64,000 nt of DNA, from assembly GCA_965197745.1 (NCBI GenBank), contig CBDANS010000006.1:992001-1056000 (forward strand), read 5' to 3'. Of the stretch, positions 56,236 to 64,000 are shown one piece after another. The DNA is from Opitutales bacterium. Its GTDB lineage: Bacteria; Verrucomicrobiota; Verrucomicrobiia; Opitutales; PNEW01. The first letter of the stretch is position 1; each line of letters begins with the position of its first letter. The position numbers and the translations under genes were made by a program. Under the pieces are notes generated by a model. That model had not been told where the DNA came from, did not search any database, and worked only from the letters and a program-made list of their open reading frames with translations.

Positions 56236-57627
56236 TTATCCGGAAGGGATTGCCAGTGGAGTATCCTCTTCCACTCCTTTGACAAGGAGAGATCCCAATA
56301 GCGTGCTGGGTGAGGCCTTTTCAATCCTGACATTCACAAGTTCTCCTATCAGTCGCGAGCGGCCGGGAAAAATGACTTTACGGTTCCCCCGGGTGCGCCC
56401 CTGGAAGAGGCCGTCACCCTTACGCGCGGGTCCTTCCACTAAAATTTCCTGTGTCGTGCCGAGCAGCGACCGATTGCGGCGCAACGAACTTTGCTCGAGA
56501 ATATCCAGAAGTATTTTATTGCGCTTTTCTTTTACCCCCTGGGCCACTTGATCAGGTAACGCGGCAGCGGGTGTTCCCGTGCGCGTACTGTATTTGAATA
56601 TGTATGCCATATCATATGCTATTTCCTGGAAGAGGATTCGCGTTTGTTCAAAGTCCGATCCTGTTTCCCCCGGAAACCCCACAATGATATCTGTCGATAT
56701 ATACATGTCGGGAACAATGGCTCTTAAATCATCAACGATCTGTCTATAACGCTTCGAACTGTAGGGGCGATTCATTGCGCGCAACAGACGGTCCGACCCG
56801 CTCTGTATGGGAAGGTGAACGTACTCGCACAGCTTTGGCAGGTCGCGGTAGGCTTCTATGAGATCCTGTTTAAAACCCCGCGGGTGCGGTGATGTAAAGC
56901 GGATGCGTTCAAGGCCTTTTACTTCGTTTATGGCCTCAAGCAATTGGACAAAGGGGCTTATCTTATTTTTAAATGGAATTTCGCGCCGCCCGTAACTGGT
57001 TACAATTTGCCCGAGCAATGTCACTTCACGCGTTCCCTGTGAGACCAGTTCCTCGACCTCTTCAACAATTGCCGCGATGGGGCGACAGCGTTCGCGCCCG
57101 CGCGTTTTAGGGACAATGCAAAACGTGCAATTCATGTTGCAGCCTTGCATGATAGAAACGAATGCGCTGACCTGTCGTTGCCCAGGGACGTGGGGGCGTA
57201 TGGTGTTTTGCGATCCCTCCTCTTCCTCAAGGTCGACGATTGTCGCGGGCCGGGGTCCCTCTCCCTGGTAGCTGCGAATAAGGTTATCGAGATGATCGGG
57301 GACGCGGTGAAATTTCTGCGTGCCCACGAGCAAATCGAGATCGGGTAGTCGATCGAGAAGCGCCGCGCCCCGGTTTTGAGCCATGCATCCCATAATCCCA
57401 ATTATAAGATCGGAATTTTTACGTTTGCGCTTTGCCAGGTAACCGGTTTTCCCAATCGCTTTTTGTTCTGCCTGGTCACGCACCGCGCAGGTATTGAGTA
57501 ATACAACGTCGGCGTCGTGTTCATTATCCACCATGGCATAGCCGCGATTGCGAAGCATCGCCGCTACCGCCTCTGAATCGCGGTCGTTCATCTGGCAGCC
57601 GTATGTCTTGATATATACCCGGTTCAT
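56236..57627 (-). CDS. miaB: tRNA-2-methylthio-N6-dimethylallyladenosine synthase
   Basis: TYGCQMN..DS, NTC.VR..AE.K, GCMAQ, GCNMNCTFCIVP.TRGRE, FTSPHP, TRAM domain. Confidence 0.96.
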   Translation of the reverse strand: MNRVYIKTYGCQMNDRDSEAVAAMLRNRGYAMVDNEHDADVVLLNTCAVRDQAEQKAIGKTGYLAKRKRKNSDLIIGIMGCMAQNRGAALLDRLPDLDLLVGTQKFHRVPDHLDNLIRSYQGEGPRPATIVDLEEEEGSQNTIRPHVPGQRQVSAFVSIMQGCNMNCTFCIVPKTRGRERCRPIAAIVEEVEELVSQGTREVTLLGQIVTSYGRREIPFKNKISPFVQLLEAINEVKGLERIRFTSPHPRGFKQDLIEAYRDLPKLCEYVHLPIQSGSDRLLRAMNRPYSSKRYRQIVDDLRAIVPDMYISTDIIVGFPGETGSDFEQTRILFQEIAYDMAYIFKYSTRTGTPAAALPDQVAQGVKEKRNKILLDILEQSSLRRNRSLLGTTQEILVEGPARKGDGLFQGRTRGNRKVIFPGRSRLIGELVNVRIEKASPSTLLGSLLVKGVEEDTPLAIPSG

Positions 57628-57738
57628 GGTGAAAAGAAATTGGTATGCGAAATTGTAAACATGAGGTCAACCGAGAACTTGGATTGCGGCAAGTGAAGAA
57701 TGCGTACAGGACATAGATTGAGGAAAGAAGGAATGAGA

Positions 57739-59235
57739 CTAGAATAACTCTTTTACTTTAGGTTTGGTAACTTTTCCCATCACATTCCGGGGGAGTGAGG
57801 GCACTAATTTTAGACGACTGGGGATTTTATATTTGGCCAGGTGTTCACTCGCCCAGGAACGGAGGTCTTCCAGGGTTAAGACACAATCTTTTTTAATGAC
57901 GAGGGCAGAGCACACGCGTTCTCCCCACTCCTCATCACTTATTCCTACTACCGCGCACTCCGTAATAACGGGATGGGCTCGCAGTACTTCTTCAATCTCC
58001 AGGGCAGAAACTTTATAGCCGCCGGTTTTTATTATATCCGTGGAACTTCGGCCCAGAATTCGATAGCAATCATTTTTTCTTATCGCGATATCTCCGGTGC
58101 AAAACCATTCCGCCTGAAAAGCATTCAGGGTCGCTTCTTTGTCTTCCCAGTATTCGAGAAAAACGGTGTCTCCTTTGATCCGGATTTCACCCTCCTTCAA
58201 TTCGTCGGTAATGACTTCACCGGACTCCTCGATCAGCTGGAGTTCGACGCCCGGTAACGGAACACCGACGAAGCCGGGTCTTCTCTCACCGCAAAGCGGG
58301 TTGGAAAGAGCCATTCCGATCTCAGTCATCCCATAGCGTTCGAGCAGCGCGTGACCGCTGATCACTTGCCATTTTTCAAAAATGGTGACGGGCAGTGCCG
58401 CTGAACCGGAAACCATAAGACGCAATTTTTTACAGGCCGCCGTCATCCTTTCTTTATCTTTATTTCCTGCAGCTTCCCATACCGCAATTAACTTTACGTA
58501 AATGGTCGGCACCGCCATAAAGAGAGTGAATTCGCTGCTGATGAAACGCTGCCAGGTTTCTTCCGCGTCAAAGCGGGGGAGCATTTCACAGCGTGCCCCC
58601 ATCCATAATGCACAGCACAAAGCGTTGATAACGCCATGAATATGATGGAGTGGCAATAGATGCAGAATATGATCATTTTCCGACCATCCCCATGCTTCAA
58701 TAAGTGAAGTAATCTGCGCACAGATGTTCCGATGTGTCGTAACAACCCCCTTGGGGTTACTCGTGGTTCCGCTCGTATACAAAATCATCGCTCTGCGCTG
58801 CTCATCGACTAGGGGAAGTGAGACGGTGTTTAATGCGGTGTCCCTGTCGGGGGAAATTAATTCGATATTATGACGCTCGATGAGCGGCGCTATTTTTTTT
58901 TCGTAAACGGGATGCGCAATAATCGTTTTTATGCCCGCATTATTAATCACGTATTCAATTTCTGATAAGGGGTGCGACAGGCAGAGGGGTACCGCGATCC
59001 CTCCGGCCTGCCAGATGCCCCATTGCGCGGCCACAAAGTCAATTCCCGGGGGTGTTATGAAAGCGACCCTGGCCTCGCGCAGGTCGCTGACAGCGCCTAG
59101 CAATTGGGCGGTAATCCCCAGGGATCGAGTTAATAATTCACGGTAGCTGTGCGATCCCCCTTCATCAATAATGGCAACGCGCTCCCCGTGAGAAACGGCT
59201 CGGTTAATCAGGGGGATATTTGAAACTTGATTCAT
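57739..59235 (-). CDS. Acyl-CoA synthetase (malonyl-CoA synthetase MatB/ACSF3-like)
   Basis: YTSGTTSNPKG, LPLHHIHG, FMAVPTIY, SGSAAL, ERYGMTE, IIKTGGYKVSALEIE. Confidence 0.88.
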   Translation of the reverse strand: MNQVSNIPLINRAVSHGERVAIIDEGGSHSYRELLTRSLGITAQLLGAVSDLREARVAFITPPGIDFVAAQWGIWQAGGIAVPLCLSHPLSEIEYVINNAGIKTIIAHPVYEKKIAPLIERHNIELISPDRDTALNTVSLPLVDEQRRAMILYTSGTTSNPKGVVTTHRNICAQITSLIEAWGWSENDHILHLLPLHHIHGVINALCCALWMGARCEMLPRFDAEETWQRFISSEFTLFMAVPTIYVKLIAVWEAAGNKDKERMTAACKKLRLMVSGSAALPVTIFEKWQVISGHALLERYGMTEIGMALSNPLCGERRPGFVGVPLPGVELQLIEESGEVITDELKEGEIRIKGDTVFLEYWEDKEATLNAFQAEWFCTGDIAIRKNDCYRILGRSSTDIIKTGGYKVSALEIEEVLRAHPVITECAVVGISDEEWGERVCSALVIKKDCVLTLEDLRSWASEHLAKYKIPSRLKLVPSLPRNVMGKVTKPKVKELF

Positions 59236-59346
59236 CCAACCGGGGATTATTATTACCTTATTTTGAAATCGGGCCTTTCCTAAAAGCGCGGACTTTCCAG
59301 TTTTAGAAACTTAGAGGAGATCGCGAGTGTGAGGAATAAAATAATG

Positions 59347-59774
59347 CTAACCCCATAACTCAATGCTATTTTTGTTCACATATTTTTCGAGAAGATTTCG
59401 CATAAATGAATTCACTTCTTCCTGCTCCTCCTGCAACAGGGTCACCACCCCGCCGCGGCGTTCATAGGGAGTGTAGAGGATGTCACTATCGGAGCGCTGT
59501 TTTTTTATGCGTTTGTAATAATCCGCGTTCATGCGAAAGACGCCAATGCTGACATCCCGAATCTTTTCTGCCGGTAACCGCGCAAATGTTTTCTCCACAC
59601 ACGCACTGTAAGTATCACGCCACTGGGGGATGCGTAATATCGGGTCGAAACAGAGACGCACTTGCCATCCATCTTCGATTGCCTGTGCCGCGCCCACCAG
59701 TCGACGTTCGAACGACGCCGTCTTTTTTTCATAACGATCAACAACGGGTTCGGGGGAAAGAGACCAGGCAAGGA
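59347..59774 (-). pseudogene. C-terminal part of SplB-like radical SAM gene split by an IS1595 element
   Basis: Joins in frame with 62788-63376 after removing the element and one TSD: PHNKI|ILAWSLSPE...RLCFDPI. Confidence 0.9.
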
Positions 59775-59828
59775 TAATTTTAGGTAACTATCCCTTGACA
59801 ACATGTAAAATGTGTGTATATTAAAGGT

Positions 59829-60213
59829 ATGAATAAGATAAAAAATAATAAATTCGCGATTTCTAAATTTAATAAACAATACCCTGATGACAATACATGT
59901 CTTCACGAAATATTTTTAACTAAACACTCTAGCGATAAAGAATGTCATCACTGCCATAGACCATTCCGGTTTTATAAAGTAGCAAAACGCAAATGCTATG
60001 AATGTAGCTATTGCGGGTATCAGGTGCATCCTTTAGCCAATACGATCTTTCATAAATCATCGACACCGCTTAAAAATTGGTTCTTTGCTATCTATCTTTT
60101 CTCCGTTTCTAAAAATGGTGTATCAGCTAAGGAATTAGAAAGACAATTAGGTGTCACCTATAAGTGTGCTTACAGGATGGGAAAACAGATAAGGAAACTC
60201 TTTAATGAAAATA
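59829..60213 (+). pseudogene. IS1595 transposase N-terminus (Zn ribbon + HTH), catalytic domain missing
   Basis: CHHC...CSYC, TIFHKSSTPL..WF.AI.L....K.GVSA.EL.RQLGVTYK.A.RM; cut by the IS3 end at 60214. Confidence 0.9.
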
Positions 60214-61564
60214 TGATCGGACCCCGTATTTCGTATCAAATTTTAAGTGAGAGAACTACCGGGTGTTAATGGTTTTAGGATTGATGTATATGAGAGATCT
60301 TGGCGCAGTGAGGGCGTAGCCCGAACGCGGCCAAGAGCGGAAAGGAATGTGACAAACTCTTGTGGGCTTTTAAAGCCTAATCGACTGTGGGGATGTTCAT
60401 TGTTATAGGTCTGACGCCATTGTTCTATTAGCACTTGCGCTTCAGCCACGCTGAGCAACACTTCACGGTTCAAACACTCATCGCGTAAGCGGTTGTGAAA
60501 CGACTCGATGAAACCGTTTTGCCAGGGACTGCCCGGATCGATATATATCGCCTTGATCTTTTTGTCGGACAACCACTGCTGCACCTGATGAGCAATGAAT
60601 GGCTTCGCATGTCGTCGCTTCGCTCCTCGGAACACTGCCGTTGTCACTGCGGATATAGCTAGGAACTCCCTCTTCATCGATGGTTTCGCTGAGTACCGAG
60701 AGAACATCGGTTGAGGTGAGCTGTCGAGCTACCCGGATGCGTAAACATTTACGCGTATATGTCTTCGCTTCGCTTGAGTGTCGTCGCTTTCAGCTCCTCG
60801 GTACATCGATCAAGGTCATCATCTTTAGCATACCGCCATTGTCTGTACGATCATGGACAAAGTCCCAGGACCAGACGTGATTGCGACCGGTTGCTTTAGT
60901 AGGGAGCCCAGTAGAGATCCCCTGACGGTGTCTACGCTTTTTTGGTGGCTTTACCTGTAAGCCCGAAGAACGTCGCACTGCCTGTACAAATTTCCTGCTT
61001 GCCGCCCAACCTTCTTTCACCAGCAAGGCACGAATGCGCCGGTAACCGTAACGGGGATGTTCCCAGGACAAGGTCAAAATCCGCTCGGCCAATTGCTGAG
61101 CCTTCTTACTGGCCTGCTTGGGTCGGTAGCTGTACGTTGACCAACTGAGGCTGAGATAAGCACAAGCCCTCTAAAACGAGCACAGCCCCTTCTCAGCCGC
61201 ATCTTTTACTGCTCGCTTCTTCTGCTTTGGGCTCACCATTTTTTTGAGAGCGTTTCCTCCAACACCCGAAGCTTGAGCATTTGATCAGCGAGCATCTTCT
61301 TCAGCTCCGTATTCTCCTTTTCCAGCTCTTTAAATCGCTTCGCATCAGCCAGCTCCAAGTTGCCATACTTTTTGCCCCAGCGATAGAAGGTCTGTTCACT
61401 TAGGTTGTTGCCGTGGCAGACTTCCTGCACGGTTTTGCCCGTATCGGGCTGCCGCAGTATTGCTATGATCTGTTCTGTTGTATATCTTTTTCTTTTCATT
61501 GAGGTTATCTGTTTATCCCGATAACCTCTCTCTGTTAATGATACCATTTTTGGGGGTCACTCCA
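60214..61564 (-). mobile_element. IS3-family (IS407-like) element, decayed
   Basis: TG...CA imperfect TIRs (tgatcggacccc.../tggagtgacccc...), orfA 61233-61499, A7 frameshift site, orfB motifs YGYRRI, WSWDF, SDNG, PWQNGFIESF; TAG at 61171-61173 and two small insertions. Confidence 0.92.
61233..61499 (-). CDS. IS3 orfA (HTH) transposase subunit
   Basis: MKRKRYTTEQII.IL...SEQTFYRW.KKYG...LEKEN.ELKK.LAD; ends AAAAAAATGGTGA. Confidence 0.9.
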   Translation of the reverse strand: MKRKRYTTEQIIAILRQPDTGKTVQEVCHGNNLSEQTFYRWGKKYGNLELADAKRFKELEKENTELKKMLADQMLKLRVLEETLSKKW

Positions 61565-61706
61565 TGTCTTTATCATTTATTGTAAAGAATATGTATGCAA
61601 ACAATGTCCCGATAACAGTTACCCCAAGAATAGCAACCACTCCTCTATAAAACCATTTGTCTTTCATAAATATTGGCCCTCCTTCATCATTTTTACTATC
61701 GTTCAT
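61565..61706 (-). pseudogene. Truncated small membrane-protein cargo gene
   Basis: MNDSKNDEGGPIFMKDKWFYRGVVAILGVTVIGTLFAYIFFTINDKD, cut by the IS3 end. Confidence 0.55.
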
Positions 61707-61905
61707 GGCGATTTACATAAAAAAAATGCAACAGTTTATTTACTTCGTTATCTTCCATTATATTTAACGGGTGACCCTACATATCAGGAAGCCCAGAAAC
61801 GATTACGGGGGAAGTATTGATTTTTGCCATCAGGTAGTCAATAGCATTATTATTAGTTACTATTATTTCCTTTTCTTTTGGTTATAATTCAGCTTTTACT
61901 ATTCA

Positions 61906-62424
61906 ATGAGTAAAACACCGGAACAAATAGATAAGTTATTAGAAAATCCAGATTACTTATTTAAATTTCAAAATATATCTTGTGCTCCATATTCTAAAAA
62001 AACAGATTCTAAATATTTTAGTTTGGATATTGAAGCTTCATGGGTAGAACCTAATATTCAAGCTCAATTACCAAAATTTATAGTTAATAAAGGGCAACTT
62101 GATGAAGCACAACAAACTTTAAAATCATTCTTTATAAGAAAGGTTCCATACATTTCTCAGAGACGTAATGTGAATCCCGTCTTTGAAGCCATATCACCAG
62201 ATCGTGGGCTAAAACTAGCTCTTCTATCGGATAAATACAATTGCTTTTGTAAGGCTTTTTCTTGTTACTTCCATCCTTGTCAAGTAGATTCCTATTTACT
62301 AATAATCCGAGTAGTATCTCGATCCTATGCTGATAAGGGTTTTCTGGATTATACTTTTCAAATTTCATATAAACAACTTTCTGAAGTTCAGAAACTGATT
62401 TCAAAGCATTTTCCAATGTATTAG
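61906..62424 (+). CDS. Hypothetical low-GC cargo protein
   Basis: 172-aa ORF in AT-rich cargo; 3' half overlaps antisense ORF 62132-62482. Confidence 0.5.
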   Translation: MSKTPEQIDKLLENPDYLFKFQNISCAPYSKKTDSKYFSLDIEASWVEPNIQAQLPKFIVNKGQLDEAQQTLKSFFIRKVPYISQRRNVNPVFEAISPDRGLKLALLSDKYNCFCKAFSCYFHPCQVDSYLLIIRVVSRSYADKGFLDYTFQISYKQLSEVQKLISKHFPMY

Positions 62425-62592
62425 CAAATTTAGAATCATAAACAAAAGATTCTTGAGAAGAATTCCCTTTAGTTTTAGTCATTTTCCTTATTTTTTATAT
62501 TATTTAATTTTGTAGGGCAGCACCCTCTTTCAATGGCTCCTATTCTAACGTCTTGGGTCAGGCCGCCTAATGGCGAGAAAGGAGTTATTGAA

Positions 62593-62706
62593 ATGGCTAA
62601 AACAAAATGTTATCCTAAAAGGATAGACAAAAAGACGGGGCCGAAGACTGTGCCAGTAAAACGGCACAAACGTTCGACCCCTAAAAAGACTGGCAAAAAA
62701 TGCTAG
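62593..62706 (+). CDS. 37-aa Lys/Arg-rich microprotein
   Basis: AAAGGAG RBS 8 nt before ATG; MAKTKCYPKRIDKKTGPKTVPVKRHKRSTPKKTGKKC. Confidence 0.55.
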   Translation: MAKTKCYPKRIDKKTGPKTVPVKRHKRSTPKKTGKKC

Positions 62707-62787
62707 TCTTTGATTGGTTGGTATTGGGTGCTGTCCTACTCTTGTAAAGTTGATTGGTGTTATACATGTTGTTAAGGGATAGTTACC

Positions 62788-63376
62788 TAATTTTATTATG
62801 CGGAGTAAGATCGGAGAAGGCGCGGTAATTCGCGCTTTTAGTGCGGATCTCTACAAGCAGATTATCTTTTTTTTCGCTGTATGAAATCCATTCATGGCAG
62901 TAAGGGACAAATGATTCAAACGCCAGTAAATCGGTGTCGTAAGAGATGGCGAGGTAGAGCGGTGTGTCGGGGTGTGCCCGTTGGTCAATGGCGTCATCAG
63001 TCGCAGAGAAAAAATCCTCAAGGTTAACAAAGACAACGATGTTGGCCGATGGATACATGCCCTGAAGGTAGCAGTAATCACAATTATAAATACAGTTTAG
63101 AATGAGCGCATTGTAATGGAAATTAGGATAGCCAAAGTCCTGCGCGTTGCTGCTGCCCGGATAAATCAAATTACTTTTTTTAACCGCGAGGATGAGTTTC
63201 ATCCCGCGCTTCTGGTTCTGAAAATGCTGACCGGGGCGGGCAAAGACATTTTTGTAGTTATTGATTGTCACCCGTTCGGCCTTAGGAAAACGCCGCAATA
63301 AGGTTTCTGTCAGGGGATATTTTTCAGCCGCCTTTTCAATGTAGAGGTGAGAAAAATTACTCAACCGTGAGTTCAT
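62788..63376 (-). pseudogene. N-terminal part of SplB-like (spore photoproduct lyase family) radical SAM gene
   Basis: FSHLYIE, NCIYNCDYCYLQGMY, ISYDTDLLA.E, EIRTKSAN. Confidence 0.9.
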
Positions 63377-64000
63377 GCTTAATGGATTCCAGGACGCGGT
63401 TGCGTTCCGCCTTGTTCTTCACTTTGCTTTTAAGATAGGACTCCAACCCATCCAGGCCGTGTCGTTGACGGACAATATAGCCTTCAGCCCAATCTTTTAA
63501 CTGGTGCCTCTGGGTGGTGGTCAGCTTGAGTGATGCACCGAGTTGGGTTAAAAGGGAAGCGTCATCCCTGCTCATGAGTGATGGCCTCGAATTCAATATG
63601 ACCGTCAAATCCAGGATAAAGGCAAAGGGCTCCAGGCAGCCTTCAATTTTTTCTCTAATGAGGGACTTATTTATTTTTCCCCCTTCTAAATGGTCTGAGA
63701 TGAGCTTGAGGCACAAGATATTCTGGAGCGGTATCAAGGTAGAGGCCGCCATGAAAAACCCGCTCGCCTCCATGTCGACCATGTCGGAGGACGGGGACAC
63801 TGCACCTGCGATTACAGGGCTGTCAAATGTAGTCACCGAGGCTTCGCGCAGGTTATGCTTGAGAATTATTTCCGGATAGAAATCACGCTTTGTGTCAGCT
63901 TCGGTTATTTTCTTTATATAAACAAGTTCCCCTGTCGGCCGGCGGGTATCGCAGCACCCGCATAGCCCGAAATTAATGGCGATGGTATTTTCGGGGGACT
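63357..64000 (-). CDS. Nucleoside phosphorylase/MTA nucleosidase-fold protein, 5' end outside window
   Basis: Frame open to window edge: INFGLCG...FYPE...VDMEASGFF...KLISD. Confidence 0.7.
   Translation of the reverse strand, partial: SPENTIAINFGLCGCCDTRRPTGELVYIKKITEADTKRDFYPEIILKHNLREASVTTFDSPVIAGAVSPSSDMVDMEASGFFMAASTLIPLQNILCLKLISDHLEGGKINKSLIREKIEGCLEPFAFILDLTVILNSRPSLMSRDDASLLTQLGASLKLTTTQRHQLKDWAEGYIVRQRHGLDGLESYLKSKVKNKAERNRVLESIKHELTVE

Larger units (their letters stand above)
59783..62787 (+). mobile_element. IS1595-family element with cargo (3005 bp), defective
   Basis: 25-bp TIRs GGTAACTATCCCTT(G/A)ACAACATGTA at 59783-59807 and 62763-62787; 8-bp TSD TAATTTTA at 59775-59782 and 62788-62795. 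Confidence 0.93.

Noticed and set aside
62546..62580. CTAAC-starting sequence as an integron attC site
   Set aside because: No matching GTTRRRY core with the expected imperfect palindrome, and no integrase.

Overview
Bacterial chromosomal window, most likely Verrucomicrobiota (Opitutales-like, judged from 16S signatures and gene content). Left end: a divergent stand-alone EF-G paralogue, a YbaK-type deacylase, a ~390-bp nested palindrome and a complete minus-strand rRNA operon (16S, tRNA-Ala, tRNA-Ile, 23S, 5S). Middle: mixed housekeeping genes (pdxH, lysA, carB, pyrF, pssA, dnaN, molybdenum-cofactor genes, gnd, gmk, miaB) and orphan carbohydrate-type modules (dehydrogenase / FG-GAP protein / GH5 with an internal TGA; cupin / Gfo-Idh-MocA / EamA; MtnK-like kinase plus an active-site-altered enolase paralogue and a lyxose isomerase). 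A candidate replication origin lies upstream of dnaN. Right end: a SplB-like radical SAM gene split by a 3.0-kb IS1595-family element (25-bp TIRs, 8-bp TSD) that carries cargo and a decayed IS3-family element. The most unusual signal is a family of 16-43-nt micro-insertions with shared ends (TWCCGAG...GAC/GCC, always followed by AT, no target duplication), found both in the REP-like palindrome and inside two conserved motifs of the IS3 transposase. All product calls come from motif recognition by eye; no database searches were run.
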